64,000 nucleotides of DNA from Bacillota bacterium (lineage in GTDB: Bacteria > Bacillota > Clostridia > Oscillospirales > Ruminococcaceae), in NCBI GenBank assembly GCA_023418925.1, contig JAEZYS010000009.1, positions 10,516 through 74,515 on the forward strand, written 5' to 3'. Numbering within the stretch: the first letter of the stretch is position 1; the number at the start of each line of letters is the position of its first letter. Position numbers and translations under genes: made by a program. The notes under the pieces are model-generated. The model did no database searches and had not been told where the DNA came from. It saw only the letters and a list, made by a program, of their open reading frames with translations. Positions 1 to 10,416 of this stretch are shown here, piece after piece.

Positions 1-131
1 ATGATGACCCTGTAAATACTATAACTAAGGTATATGCAATCACCAAAGAACAGTGGGAAGAAAGAATTTCCGCTGAGAATATCACAATGTAACAAAAAAA
101 GACCTGTCATCAGACAGGTCATAGTTTTTAT

Positions 132-1211
132 CTACCTTACAGCTGCTTCAGTTACTGCAAACTTCTTCTCGTCGCAGTTTATCTCTGCCATTGCGCCAAA
201 CGGAACAATGAACTTAGGCTCGTTATGTCCTATACTTAAATTATAAATCACAGGGAGATTTTCCTGACCGAACTCAGCAAGGACTTTCCTTATTGCAGTT
301 TTATACTCTTCATAAAGCACACTGCCCTCAGGCTTACCGAAAACAATACCCTTGATACGTCTTAAAACGCTCATAGCACCGAGGCTTCTGAAAAAGTTAG
401 AAACAGCAAAAACTGTCGGGTGTTCCTCAGATGTTTCAAGGAACAGAATAGCATTGTCAAAGCTATCCTTATCAGGAAACAGAGGTGTTCCCCTAAGCAT
501 ATCCATAGTTTCAAGGCATCCACCGATAAGGCGTCCGCTTACTGTACCCTCACCCTGCAGGACTTCATAACCACCGTTATTCCCTCTGAATTTTCTTGCT
601 TTGTTCTTGTTATCTTCACTCCACTCAAGGTATTCCGAAGTGTAGGTGTTTGAACACGGAACGATACCGATTGTTTCGCTTGAAAACAGAACTTTTCTTA
701 TCCAGTAGTCAGTATACTCTGGAACAGCAACATTTTCAGCAAAATCATTCATAAGTGATGCACCGTAAAAGCTTGAAATTCCAGCCTTCATACACATGAA
801 ATGAGCTACTGTCGTGTCGGAATAGCCCGTGAAAACCTTTGGGTTTCCTCTTATTATATTATAGTCTATGTATGGCAGCATTCTGATGCTTTCTTCGCCG
901 CCAATGCAGCTAATGATTCCCTTTATTGTCTTGTCCGAAAACGCCTGCATAAAATCTTCTGCTCGTTTTTCAGGATGGTTATACAAAAATTCGCTTCCCA
1001 AAAGGGTATTAGGCATTTCTACAACCTCAAGCCCATACTGCTTCTGCAATCTTTCTTTACCCTGATAGTATCTCCACAGGAAAGCATCGTCGCCAGCTCC
1101 GCCCCATGAAAGGCTAACTGTTGCAACTTTATCTCCTGGATTGAGCTTGTTCGGTTTAAGTAAATTCAGCATATATAAAGACAACCTTTCTTCATAAAAA
1201 GAGAACCTCAA
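132..1211 (-). CDS. LD-carboxypeptidase / MccF-like serine peptidase (S66 family)
   Basis: 359-aa ORF with S66 LD-carboxypeptidase-like sequence (GYSDTTV... region, C-terminal His region). Assignment from motif-level similarity only. Confidence 0.55.
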   Translation of the reverse strand: MRFSFYEERLSLYMLNLLKPNKLNPGDKVATVSLSWGGAGDDAFLWRYYQGKERLQKQYGLEVVEMPNTLLGSEFLYNHPEKRAEDFMQAFSDKTIKGIISCIGGEESIRMLPYIDYNIIRGNPKVFTGYSDTTVAHFMCMKAGISSFYGASLMNDFAENVAVPEYTDYWIRKVLFSSETIGIVPCSNTYTSEYLEWSEDNKNKARKFRGNNGGYEVLQGEGTVSGRLIGGCLETMDMLRGTPLFPDKDSFDNAILFLETSEEHPTVFAVSNFFRSLGAMSVLRRIKGIVFGKPEGSVLYEEYKTAIRKVLAEFGQENLPVIYNLSIGHNEPKFIVPFGAMAEINCDEKKFAVTEAAVR

Positions 1212-1265
1212 TTATTCTCCCAACAATACATAATGTTACCACATTTTAAGTCAAACGTCAAGAAG

Positions 1266-1320
1266 AAACCTGTCGCAAAAAAATACAAAAAAGGCACGGG
1301 AGCTGCAGCACCCGTGCCCT
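1266..1320 (-). terminator. Rho-independent terminator downstream of PFOR
   Basis: Perfect hairpin GGCACGGG-AGCTGCAGC-ACCCGTGCC at 1283-1318. It is preceded on the + strand by an A-run, which is a T-run on the - strand just after the PFOR stop. Confidence 0.7.
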
Positions 1321-1343
1321 TGAAATTTTTGCTATTGCTATGA

Positions 1344-4300
1344 TTACTTAGCTTCTTCACCGTAGAGCTTAGAAAGTCTTGTGAGGTAATCATATCTGCT
1401 CTTAGCATTTTCAACAGCCTTGTTGAAGAGCATTTCTGCTCTTTCTGGGTTCTGTCTTGCAAGAGCGTTATAACGAACTTCGCCCATGAGGAAGTCCTTG
1501 TAGTTATCAATTGCTGGAGCCTTACTATCAAGCATGAATGGGTTCTTGCCTTCAGCCTTGAGTCTTGGGTCAAATCTGAAGAGGTGCCAGTAGCCTGCCT
1601 CAACAGCCTTCTTCTCTTCAGTCACTGCCTTAGCCATACCAGCCTTGATACCATGGTTGATACATGGAGCATAAGCAATGATAAGTGATGGACCATTGTA
1701 AGCTTCAGCTTCGCTGATTGCCTTGATACACTGGTTCATGTCAGCGCCCATAGCGATATGAGCAACATAAACGTAACCATAAGACATTGCGATACCTGCG
1801 AGGTCCTTCTTCTTAACTTCCTTACCAGCAGCAGCAAACTGTGCGATTGCACCTGTTGGAGTTGACTTTGAAGCCTGTCCGCCTGTATTTGAGTAAACTT
1901 CTGTATCGAATACAAAGATGTTTACGTCTTCGCCTGAAGCGATAACATGGTCAAGGCCTGAGAAGCCGATATCATAAGCCCATCCGTCGCCTCCGAATAC
2001 CCACATTGACTTCTTTCCGAGGTAATCCTTAAGCTTGAGAACTTCCTTGCCCTTTTCACATCCGCAAGCTTCGAGAGCAGCAACAAGTGTCTTTGTAGCA
2101 GCAGTATTTTCAGCGCCATTATTCATTGTTGAAAGGTATCCATCAATAGCCTTCTTAACATCGTCCTTAGCATCCTTTTCCATATCGAGGAGCATTGCAA
2201 CTGCTCTCTGACGAAGAGTATTCTGTGCCAAGAACATGCCGTAGCCATATTCAGCGTTATCTTCGAAGAGTGAGTTAGCCCAAGCAGGACCCTTTCCTTC
2301 CTTATTTACTGTGTAAGGAGTTGAAGGTGCTGAACCGCCCCAGATTGAAGAACATCCTGTTGCGTTAGCAATATACATTCTATCACCAAAGAGCTGTGTT
2401 ACAAGTTTAGCATAAGCTGTTTCACCACAACCTGCGCAAGCACCGGAGAATTCGAGGAGAGGCTGTTTGAACTGTGAACCCTTAACAGTTGTTTCCTTAA
2501 ACTTAGTAGCGATTTCTGGCTTTTCTGGAAGTGTCTGGCCATAGTTAAATGTATCCTGAGCAGCAACCTGTGTTGCGAGAGGAGCCATTGAGAGAGCCTT
2601 TTCACCCTTCTTGCCAGGACATACGTTTGCGCAAGCACCGCACCCTGTACAGTCAAGTGCAGATACTGTCATAACGAAGTTCATGCCTTCAACGCCTGCA
2701 ATTTTGAGAGCCATATCCTTTGTCATTCCAGGAGCATTTGCAAGCTCTGCATCTGACATAGCGATTGGACGGATTACGGCGTGTGGACATACATATGAAC
2801 AGAAGTTACACTGAATACAGTTTTCGCTTTTCCATGCAGGAACTTCTACAGCAATACCACGCTTTTCATAAGCAGCTGAACCCTGTGGGAACACACCATC
2901 AGGCATATCCATGAATTTTGAAACTGGGAGTGTATCACCCATCTGAGCATTTACAGGGATCTGGATGTTGTTAACGAAATCAACAAGATCCTTTCTTGTA
3001 CCTGTTGCTTCAGGCATACCCATCTTTGTATCAGCAGCATTCTTCCAAGAATCAGGAACCTTGATTTCACGAATCTTTTCTGCACCTGCATCGATAGCAT
3101 CATAGTTCATCTTAACTACGTCGTCACCCTTCTTGCCGAATGAAGAAAGAGCCTTTTCCTTCATGAACTTGATTGCATCAGCTTCAGGAATGATCTTTGC
3201 AAGCTTGAAGAATGCAGACTGAAGAACAGTTGATGTTCTGTTGCCAAGACCAATTTCTCTAGCTATATCAACACCGTCGATCGTGTAGAACTTGATATTG
3301 TTTTCAGCAATATATCTCTTAACCTGTCCAGGAAGCTTGTCTTCAAGTTCCTTTTCAGACCACTGGCAGTTGAGGAGGAATGTTCCGCCCGGCTTGATAT
3401 CCTGAACGATGTTGTACTTATCCATATAAGACTGGTTATGGCAAGCAACGAAGTCAGCCATGTTTACGAGGTATGTTGACTTGATTGGTGCATTACCGAA
3501 TCTTAAATGAGAAACAGTTACGCCGCCTGACTTCTTTGAGTCATATGCAAAGTAAGCCTGAGCATACATGTCTGTATGGTCACCGATGATCTTGATGGAG
3601 TTCTTGTTAGCACCAACTGTACCGTCAGCACCAAGTCCCCAGAACTTACAAGCTGTTGTGCCCTTAGCCGCTGTATCAAGTTTACCTTCTGATTCAAGTG
3701 AGAGGTAAGTTACATCGTCTGTGATACCAATTGTGAACTTAGACTTGTAAGTGTCCTTCTTGAAATACTTGTCATTCCAGTAAACAGCCTTGATCTGGTC
3801 AGGAGTTGTATCCTTTGAACCAAGACCATAACGACCGCCTGAAACAGGAATATCCTTGAACTTAGTATCCTTGAGAGCAGCAACAACGTCAAGGTAAAGT
3901 GGTTCGCCGAGTGAACCTGGTTCCTTAGTTCTGTCAAGTACAGAAATCTGTGTAACAGAATCAGGAATAGCCTCAATAAGCTTTGAAGCAACGAAAGGTC
4001 TGTAAAGTCTAACCTTAACAAGACCAACCTTATTGCCCTGTGCATTGAGGTAATCAATTGTTTCTTCAATTGTATCACAAACTGAACCCATAGCGATGAT
4101 GATGTGTGTAGCATCAGCAGCACCATAGTAGTTGAAGAGCTTGTAGTCTGTGCCGATCTTAGCGTTTACCTTGTCCATATATTCTTCAACGATAGCTGGG
4201 AAAGCATCGTAATACTTATTACAAGCTTCTCTTGCCTGGAAGAAGATATCTCCGTTCTGAGCAGTACCCTTAAGAACAGGGTGTGCAGGATTGAGAGCTC

Positions 4301-4916
4301 TGTTTCTGAAATCATCAGCAGCCTCGTGATCAAGCATTTCATCAAGATCCTTAGCATCCCATGTTTCAATCTTCTGGATTTCGTGTGATGTTCTGAAACC
4401 ATCAAAGAAATGAAGAACAGGAACTCTGCCCTTAATTGTTGAAAGGTGAGCTACAGCACCGAGGTCCATAACTTCCTGAACGTTGGAAGCACAGAGCATT
4501 GCAAAGCCTGTCTGACGGCAAGCATATACGTCTGAATGGTCACCGAAAATATTAAGTGCATGTGAAGCTACGCATCTTGCAGAAACGTGAATTACGCAAG
4601 GGAGAAGTTCACCAGCAATCTTGTACATATTTGGAATCATAAGAAGAAGACCCTGTGATGCGGTATAGGTAGTTGTAAGCGCACCTGCTGAAAGTGAGCC
4701 GTGAACTGTACCTGCTGCACCTGCTTCTGATTGCATTTCTGCAACCTTTACAGATTGACCGAACAGGTTTTTCTGACCCTTAGCAGACCATAAGTCTGTT
4801 ACTTCTGCCATTACAGAAGATGGGGTGATAGGGTAGATAGCAGCAACGTCGGTGAATGGATAGGACACCCAAGCCGCAGCGTTGTTACCGTCCATAGTTA
4901 ACATTTTTCTTGACAT
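1344..4916 (-). CDS. nifJ: Pyruvate:ferredoxin (flavodoxin) oxidoreductase, single-polypeptide PFOR
   Basis: 1190 aa. N-terminus MSRKMLTMDGNNAAAWVSYPFTDVAAIYPITPSS is typical of PFOR. Two 4Fe-4S ferredoxin CxxCxxCxxxCP motifs mid-protein. TPP-binding GDG motif near C-terminus (GGDGWAYDIG). Confidence 0.95.
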   Translation of the reverse strand: MSRKMLTMDGNNAAAWVSYPFTDVAAIYPITPSSVMAEVTDLWSAKGQKNLFGQSVKVAEMQSEAGAAGTVHGSLSAGALTTTYTASQGLLLMIPNMYKIAGELLPCVIHVSARCVASHALNIFGDHSDVYACRQTGFAMLCASNVQEVMDLGAVAHLSTIKGRVPVLHFFDGFRTSHEIQKIETWDAKDLDEMLDHEAADDFRNRALNPAHPVLKGTAQNGDIFFQAREACNKYYDAFPAIVEEYMDKVNAKIGTDYKLFNYYGAADATHIIIAMGSVCDTIEETIDYLNAQGNKVGLVKVRLYRPFVASKLIEAIPDSVTQISVLDRTKEPGSLGEPLYLDVVAALKDTKFKDIPVSGGRYGLGSKDTTPDQIKAVYWNDKYFKKDTYKSKFTIGITDDVTYLSLESEGKLDTAAKGTTACKFWGLGADGTVGANKNSIKIIGDHTDMYAQAYFAYDSKKSGGVTVSHLRFGNAPIKSTYLVNMADFVACHNQSYMDKYNIVQDIKPGGTFLLNCQWSEKELEDKLPGQVKRYIAENNIKFYTIDGVDIAREIGLGNRTSTVLQSAFFKLAKIIPEADAIKFMKEKALSSFGKKGDDVVKMNYDAIDAGAEKIREIKVPDSWKNAADTKMGMPEATGTRKDLVDFVNNIQIPVNAQMGDTLPVSKFMDMPDGVFPQGSAAYEKRGIAVEVPAWKSENCIQCNFCSYVCPHAVIRPIAMSDAELANAPGMTKDMALKIAGVEGMNFVMTVSALDCTGCGACANVCPGKKGEKALSMAPLATQVAAQDTFNYGQTLPEKPEIATKFKETTVKGSQFKQPLLEFSGACAGCGETAYAKLVTQLFGDRMYIANATGCSSIWGGSAPSTPYTVNKEGKGPAWANSLFEDNAEYGYGMFLAQNTLRQRAVAMLLDMEKDAKDDVKKAIDGYLSTMNNGAENTAATKTLVAALEACGCEKGKEVLKLKDYLGKKSMWVFGGDGWAYDIGFSGLDHVIASGEDVNIFVFDTEVYSNTGGQASKSTPTGAIAQFAAAGKEVKKKDLAGIAMSYGYVYVAHIAMGADMNQCIKAISEAEAYNGPSLIIAYAPCINHGIKAGMAKAVTEEKKAVEAGYWHLFRFDPRLKAEGKNPFMLDSKAPAIDNYKDFLMGEVRYNALARQNPERAEMLFNKAVENAKSRYDYLTRLSKLYGEEAK

Positions 4917-5255
4917 ATCGGACAGTCCTCCTAAAAAATTTGTATGTTGAATATAAGAGGGATTTTATAATAATCCCATATACATACGTTAAAGATTATT
5001 TTATCATAATAATGATAAAAAGTAAATACTTAATCAGATAAATTTTACGCTTATAATAGTACTATAGACAGCTAGCAACAAATTTCATGTCTTAATCATA
5101 TATTAATGTAACAAAAATATGCGATGAATATGAGCGAAATGTCTAATAATTCCCTGCTGTCAATATTATTTTAATTTTGTGGTTTTAAACATTTATGACA
5201 TTAATTTATCAATAACTGTATCTTTTCCTTGCAAAAATCAAAATGCGTTATATAA

Positions 5256-6467
5256 TTGAATTATAATATATTTAATGTCTTCTGGAGGTTTTTTATTTTG
5301 CTTAATATTGTGCTTCTCGGACTTGTCAGTTTCTTTTCTGACATAAGTGCCGAAATGGTCTATCCGCTTATCCCTCTTTACCTCACATCAAAATTCGGCG
5401 CAACGCCTGTTCTTATCGGAATTATTGAAGGAATTGCCGAAAGCGTTGCAAGTCTGATCAGAGTTTTCAGCGGTTATATTTCTGACCGCAGTAAAAAGAA
5501 GAAAGCCATTGCTGCCGCAGGATACTCAACAGGAATACTTTACAAACTTCTTCTAATCCTTTCATCCTCATGGGGAGGGGTTCTTTTTGCAAGGGTAATC
5601 GACAGAATAGGCAAGGGAATACGCACATCCCCTCGTGATGTGCTTGTCAGTGAAAGTGCTGATAAAAATCAGATGGGGAAGGCTTTTGGTATACATAAAT
5701 CCCTTGATATGACAGGCTCGGCAATAGGTATAATTATTGCTTATTTCCTTATAGCAGGGCAGTCCAGTACAGACTTTTCATATAAAAAGCTATTCATGAT
5801 TTCTGCAATACCTGCTGTTATCGGCATAATCATTATCATGTTCGTAAAAGAAAAAGCCTTAACACATGAAATACCGGAACGTGAACATTTCTGGAGAAAT
5901 ATCAAGCTGTTAAGCCCTGACCTGAAACTATATCTACTCGTTGCATTCATGTTTACTCTCGGTAATTCTTCTAATGCTTTTTTATTACTCAAGGCAAAAA
6001 GTGTTGGCTTTACTGATGAAAATGTTGTATTACTATACTTCTTGTATAATATAACCGCTGCAATCCTGTCTATCCCTTTTGGCAAACTTTCTGACAAAAT
6101 CGGTCGCAAAAAGGTACTTGTTGCAGGATATCTGATTTTCTGTGCCGTCTATCTGGGATTTGCTTTTGCAACAACATCAGCCGCTCTTATTGCAACATTT
6201 GCTCTCTACGGTTTTTTCACAGCAATGACAGCAGGTGTTGAAAGAGCCTTGATTTCTGAAATAGCTCCGAAACAGCTTAGAGGAACTATGCTCGGAACAC
6301 ATTCCGCTCTTGTTGGAATTGCACTTCTTCCTGCAAGTATAATTGCCGGCCTGCTCTGGAATACATTCGGCCCTGTTGTAACGTTCTCATTTGGCGCATT
6401 TATGTCAGGAGTTTCTGCCGTTATTCTTATATTCTTACTGAATAAACATTCAACTTGTGAAGAATAA
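5256..6467 (+). CDS. MFS transporter
   Basis: 403 aa with ~12 predicted hydrophobic helices. The MFS loop motif between TM2 and TM3 (GYISDRSKKK) and its repeat (GKLSDKIGRKK) are present. Confidence 0.7.
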   Translation: MNYNIFNVFWRFFILLNIVLLGLVSFFSDISAEMVYPLIPLYLTSKFGATPVLIGIIEGIAESVASLIRVFSGYISDRSKKKKAIAAAGYSTGILYKLLLILSSSWGGVLFARVIDRIGKGIRTSPRDVLVSESADKNQMGKAFGIHKSLDMTGSAIGIIIAYFLIAGQSSTDFSYKKLFMISAIPAVIGIIIIMFVKEKALTHEIPEREHFWRNIKLLSPDLKLYLLVAFMFTLGNSSNAFLLLKAKSVGFTDENVVLLYFLYNITAAILSIPFGKLSDKIGRKKVLVAGYLIFCAVYLGFAFATTSAALIATFALYGFFTAMTAGVERALISEIAPKQLRGTMLGTHSALVGIALLPASIIAGLLWNTFGPVVTFSFGAFMSGVSAVILIFLLNKHSTCEE

Positions 6468-6613
6468 TCAGTAAATATATGCAAATACGTGCGAATTGTG
6501 TCTGACTTCGTCATAATTATTTGATTTTTGTAATATTATGTGATATAATAAAATAAGTTTATCCTGTTGTTAAGCGGGATATGTAAACGGTATCTGTTTG
6601 CAATGGAGGATTT

Positions 6614-7231
6614 ATGAATCTGACTTACAAAATAATATCTGGTTTTTACGACCTGATAGATGTAATATATTTCCGCAAGGATGGAATCAACCCTCGTAAT
6701 GCCATAGTTGATTGTATTCCTGATAAAAAAATCAGGGTGCTTGATATATGCGCAGGAACAGCAACAAACGGTATTATGATAGCGGAAAAGAGAAAAAAAG
6801 CCTCCGTTGTCGGCATTGATTTTTCAAAGGACATGCTTAGAATTGCAAATGAAAAGATAAGAAGTTTAGAAATTTCAAACTTAAAAGTAAAATATGCTGA
6901 TGCAACAAATATCAGCCTTAAAGACAATTCTGTCGATATTATTCTTATTTCATTGGCTCTTCATGAGTTGAGTAAGGATCTTGCGGATAAGATATTATCC
7001 GAAGCAGGACGTATTCTGAAACCTGACGGAAAAGTAATAGTTCTCGAATGGGAACAACCGACAGACTTACTGAAAAGGGTATTGTTTCTGCCGATTCACC
7101 TGTTAGAACCGAAAGGCTTTCACAAGTTTCTTTATAATGATAAGAAAAGATATTTTGCAGAGCATGGTTACAATATAAGTACCATGAAGCATTGTGATTA
7201 TAGCTGTGTATGTGAGCTGGTCAAATTATAA
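6614..7231 (+). CDS. Class I SAM-dependent methyltransferase
   Basis: Motif I VLDICAGTATNG, then acidic residue VVGIDFS (motif II) and ILKPDGKVIVLEW (post-II). Confidence 0.7.
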   Translation: MNLTYKIISGFYDLIDVIYFRKDGINPRNAIVDCIPDKKIRVLDICAGTATNGIMIAEKRKKASVVGIDFSKDMLRIANEKIRSLEISNLKVKYADATNISLKDNSVDIILISLALHELSKDLADKILSEAGRILKPDGKVIVLEWEQPTDLLKRVLFLPIHLLEPKGFHKFLYNDKKRYFAEHGYNISTMKHCDYSCVCELVKL

Positions 7232-7315
7232 AAGAGTACAAATAACTATAAGACATCCTGACAGCCGAATTCAGTCAGTAATATTTATAGTAGCTATATA
7301 AAAGGAAGTTTTATT

Positions 7316-8776
7316 ATGTCTAATAACTATGACGTTATAATCGCAGGAACAGGAGTCGGCGGACTTTATGCCGCTATCAACCTCCCGTCTGACCTTAAGA
7401 TCCTGCTTATTACTAAACGTGAACTTATTCTATGCAACTCAGCCCTCGCTCAAGGTGGTGTTGCGGCTGTTTATATGCCTGTTGATGACAATACACAGCT
7501 CCATACAAACGATACTCTCATTGCAGGCGGATTCAAAAACAACCCCGACTCTCTGAAGATTCTTGTAACTGAAGCTGCAGCCGATATTGAAAAGATTATC
7601 TCCCTGGGCGTTGATTTTGACAGGGACGCAAGTGGTAATCTGCACCGTACACTTGAAGGCGGTCATTCTCGCCACAGAATTTTTCACCATAAGGATTCAA
7701 CCGGCTTTGAAATTACAACAAAGCTTCAGCAGACAGTTCTCGCAATGAAAAACGTAACAATACTTGAAAATGCACTTCTCAGTGACCTGAAAAAAACTGA
7801 CACAGGTTTTTCCGCAGATATCAGCGTGGATTCAGTTCATCAGACCTGCAATTGCCGTTATATGATTATGGCAACAGGCGGTATCGGAAGGGTTTATGAT
7901 TATACAACCAACTCTGCAATTGCAACAGGTGACGGAATTGCCCTTGCATACGGACTTGGTGCAAATATAAAGAATCTTTCACTTGTTCAGTTCCACCCTA
8001 CTGCTTTCAACAACAAGCATACAAGAGAATGTTTCCTTATCTCTGAGGCTGTCAGAGGAGAAGGTGCATACCTTCTCAACTGCAAAAAAGAACGTTTTAT
8101 GCAGGATTACGACGAACGCCTTGAGCTTGCACCGAGAGATGTTGTTTCCCATGCTATCGTAAGTGAAGGCAAAAAACTTGATTCTGATGAATTCTATCTT
8201 GATATTACACATAAGGATTCTGAATTCCTTAAAAACCGTTTCCCTATGATATACAAATTTCTTCTCACACAGGGTTACGATCTTACAAAGGATATTATAC
8301 CTATATATCCTTGTCAGCATTATCTCATGGGCGGAATAAATGTAAGCACAAATGCTGAAAGCTCTATTGAGGGGCTTTATGCAGTCGGTGAATGTTCGCA
8401 TACAGGCGTTCACGGCAATAACCGTCTTGCATCGAATTCACTTCTCGAGGCTCTTGTATTCTCAAGGCAGGCAGCAGAAGATATTGCTGTCAAAATGAAA
8501 AAATGTAATACAAGCCTTGATGAGCTTGTTGGCTATAATTTTGAACACAACGATAATGGCGAACCAATACCTCATGGCATAAGAACTGAAATACGCCATA
8601 TCATGCAGAAAGCATATTTTGTTATTCCTGATATGAAATCAGCCCTTAAAGGGTTTGAACGTATATCTGAAATCAAGCATATGCTTGATAAAGGCAATTA
8701 TATATGTGACCATAACTATGTTGAGGCAAAATCTCTTGCAACAGTCGCATATTTGATTTTAAAAGAAGTAATCTGA
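7316..8776 (+). CDS. nadB: L-aspartate oxidase-like FAD flavoprotein (NadB/SdhA family)
   Basis: N-terminal dinucleotide-binding YDVIIAGTGVGGLYAA. HPTAF, HYLMGGI and GECSHTGVHGNNRLASNSLLE motifs are typical of NadB/fumarate-reductase flavoproteins. No nadA/nadC adjacent. Confidence 0.75.
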   Translation: MSNNYDVIIAGTGVGGLYAAINLPSDLKILLITKRELILCNSALAQGGVAAVYMPVDDNTQLHTNDTLIAGGFKNNPDSLKILVTEAAADIEKIISLGVDFDRDASGNLHRTLEGGHSRHRIFHHKDSTGFEITTKLQQTVLAMKNVTILENALLSDLKKTDTGFSADISVDSVHQTCNCRYMIMATGGIGRVYDYTTNSAIATGDGIALAYGLGANIKNLSLVQFHPTAFNNKHTRECFLISEAVRGEGAYLLNCKKERFMQDYDERLELAPRDVVSHAIVSEGKKLDSDEFYLDITHKDSEFLKNRFPMIYKFLLTQGYDLTKDIIPIYPCQHYLMGGINVSTNAESSIEGLYAVGECSHTGVHGNNRLASNSLLEALVFSRQAAEDIAVKMKKCNTSLDELVGYNFEHNDNGEPIPHGIRTEIRHIMQKAYFVIPDMKSALKGFERISEIKHMLDKGNYICDHNYVEAKSLATVAYLILKEVI

Positions 8777-8813
8777 CAACATTATGTATTAACGCTACAA
8801 AAGGAGTGACACC

Positions 8814-9668
8814 ATGGATCTTATCATAAATGAAGTTTCAGTCAACGACTACCTGACTAAATCCAACCTACCTGCGAGTGACTATGTCATCAATCCATAT
8901 ATAGGCTGTCCGCATGGCTGTAAGTACTGCTATGCATGCTTTATGAAAAGGTTTACCGGCCATTCAGAGGAATGGGGTACATTCATTGATATTAAACTTG
9001 CAAGAAGCACAATGAAAATCAGCAAGCTGAAAGGCAAATCCGTATTTCTTTCTTCTGTGACGGACTGCTATAATCCTTTTGAGAAGAAGTACAAGCTTAC
9101 ACGATCAATTCTTGAACAGCTTGCTCATGCAGAGGACTGTGAGGTCGGAATTTCAACAAAATCCTCCCTCATACTCCGTGATCTGGATGTTCTCCGCAGA
9201 ATTCCTAATCTGAAAGTTGCTATGTCTGTAAACACACTTGATGATGTTTTCAGAAGTGATATGGACAACGCCTCAAGCATAGGCGAGCGTCTGCATGCAC
9301 TCATAGCAATGCATTCAAACGGAATTTATACGGTTCTCTTCATGTCACCGATATTCCCTGAAATAACAGATTTTAAGGCAATAATTGAACATACAAAGGA
9401 TTTCATTGATGAATACTGGTTTGAAAACCTCAATTTACGAGGCGAAGTAAAACCAAGGATTTTAAGCTATATTGATACAAAGTATCATGATCTTATCAAA
9501 CTCTACAGGGATATTTACCTTTATGGTAACAAGACATACTGGTCTGATCTTGCTGAAGAGATTAATAACTTCTGTGACAAGAATGGGGTAAGTTACAAGA
9601 ATTATTTTTATCATGAAAAGCTTGTTCAGGAGAAGAAAGAACGAGAAAAAGGATTAATTACGTTATAA
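8814..9668 (+). CDS. Radical SAM protein, SplB-like (COG1533 DNA-repair photolyase family)
   Basis: INPYIGCPHGCKYCYA gives a CxxxCxxC cluster in the context characteristic of spore-photoproduct-lyase-like radical SAM proteins. Confidence 0.65.
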   Translation: MDLIINEVSVNDYLTKSNLPASDYVINPYIGCPHGCKYCYACFMKRFTGHSEEWGTFIDIKLARSTMKISKLKGKSVFLSSVTDCYNPFEKKYKLTRSILEQLAHAEDCEVGISTKSSLILRDLDVLRRIPNLKVAMSVNTLDDVFRSDMDNASSIGERLHALIAMHSNGIYTVLFMSPIFPEITDFKAIIEHTKDFIDEYWFENLNLRGEVKPRILSYIDTKYHDLIKLYRDIYLYGNKTYWSDLAEEINNFCDKNGVSYKNYFYHEKLVQEKKEREKGLITL

Positions 9669-9706
9669 AAACAGCTCCGGTATCTGATGGTACTGGAGCT
9701 GTTTTT

Positions 9707-10153
9707 TTATTTTTGACTTTTTATTGCATTTACAGCATTTACAATATCTTTTTCCACAAGAGGTCGCATACTATCAGGATACTGTAAAGTATTCGAGCTT
9801 TCCAATGCTTTTATGATTTTTTCTTTCAGTTCTGGCTTATATTCAGCAAGCTTCGGCAAGGCAGCTATAAACTGCCTTGATGTTATCGGCTTTTCGTCAG
9901 CAGTATGAGTAAGCAGATCATCAATAACCGCATTGATTTTATTCTGTTTGTCATATTTTGCGTTTGCACATATTAGAAGCAGACCTCTTGTCCGCATATA
10001 TGAGTTCTTTTCTTTAGTAAGGCTATACAGTTCATCAAAGAATTGATATACATCAGCAGAATTTTCACTTTCCTGCAACAGCAGATTCATAGCACTACAT
10101 CCAAGCTTTGTGTCATTGCCTTTTAAATTACTTATAAGCTGAAATACATCCAT
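9707..10153 (-). CDS. Hypothetical all-helical protein (HEAT/ARM-like)
   Basis: 148-aa ORF with good coding look but no recognisable catalytic motif. A transcript-end hairpin follows the convergent upstream gene. Confidence 0.35.
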   Translation of the reverse strand: MDVFQLISNLKGNDTKLGCSAMNLLLQESENSADVYQFFDELYSLTKEKNSYMRTRGLLLICANAKYDKQNKINAVIDDLLTHTADEKPITSRQFIAALPKLAEYKPELKEKIIKALESSNTLQYPDSMRPLVEKDIVNAVNAIKSQK

Positions 10154-10416
10154 TTTTATTCTCCTCTTTCTGTGTTTTATTTATTACGGTATAGTATAAT
10201 TAATTATTATGACAAATTAATGTATATATTAATAAATTATTTACAATTATATTACAAAATAGTGCAATCCATTGATTTACTCTGATAAATAAAGTATACT
10301 TCAAATATCAGGTAAAATTTACAGCATAAAACAGACCATAACTTTCGGTTATGCTGTGGGTTTGTATTTTCGGTTTATGCTATTCAGAGTTCAGCTAAGA
10401 AAGGATGATTATTATA

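Noticed and set aside
1922-4405. Multiple 60-140-aa ORFs on the opposite strand or alternate frames inside the PFOR gene (and similar shadow ORFs inside ilvC, ilvB, Fn3 and integrase genes)
   Set aside because: They are fully nested in high-confidence long CDSs with strong homology, so they are typical shadow ORFs.
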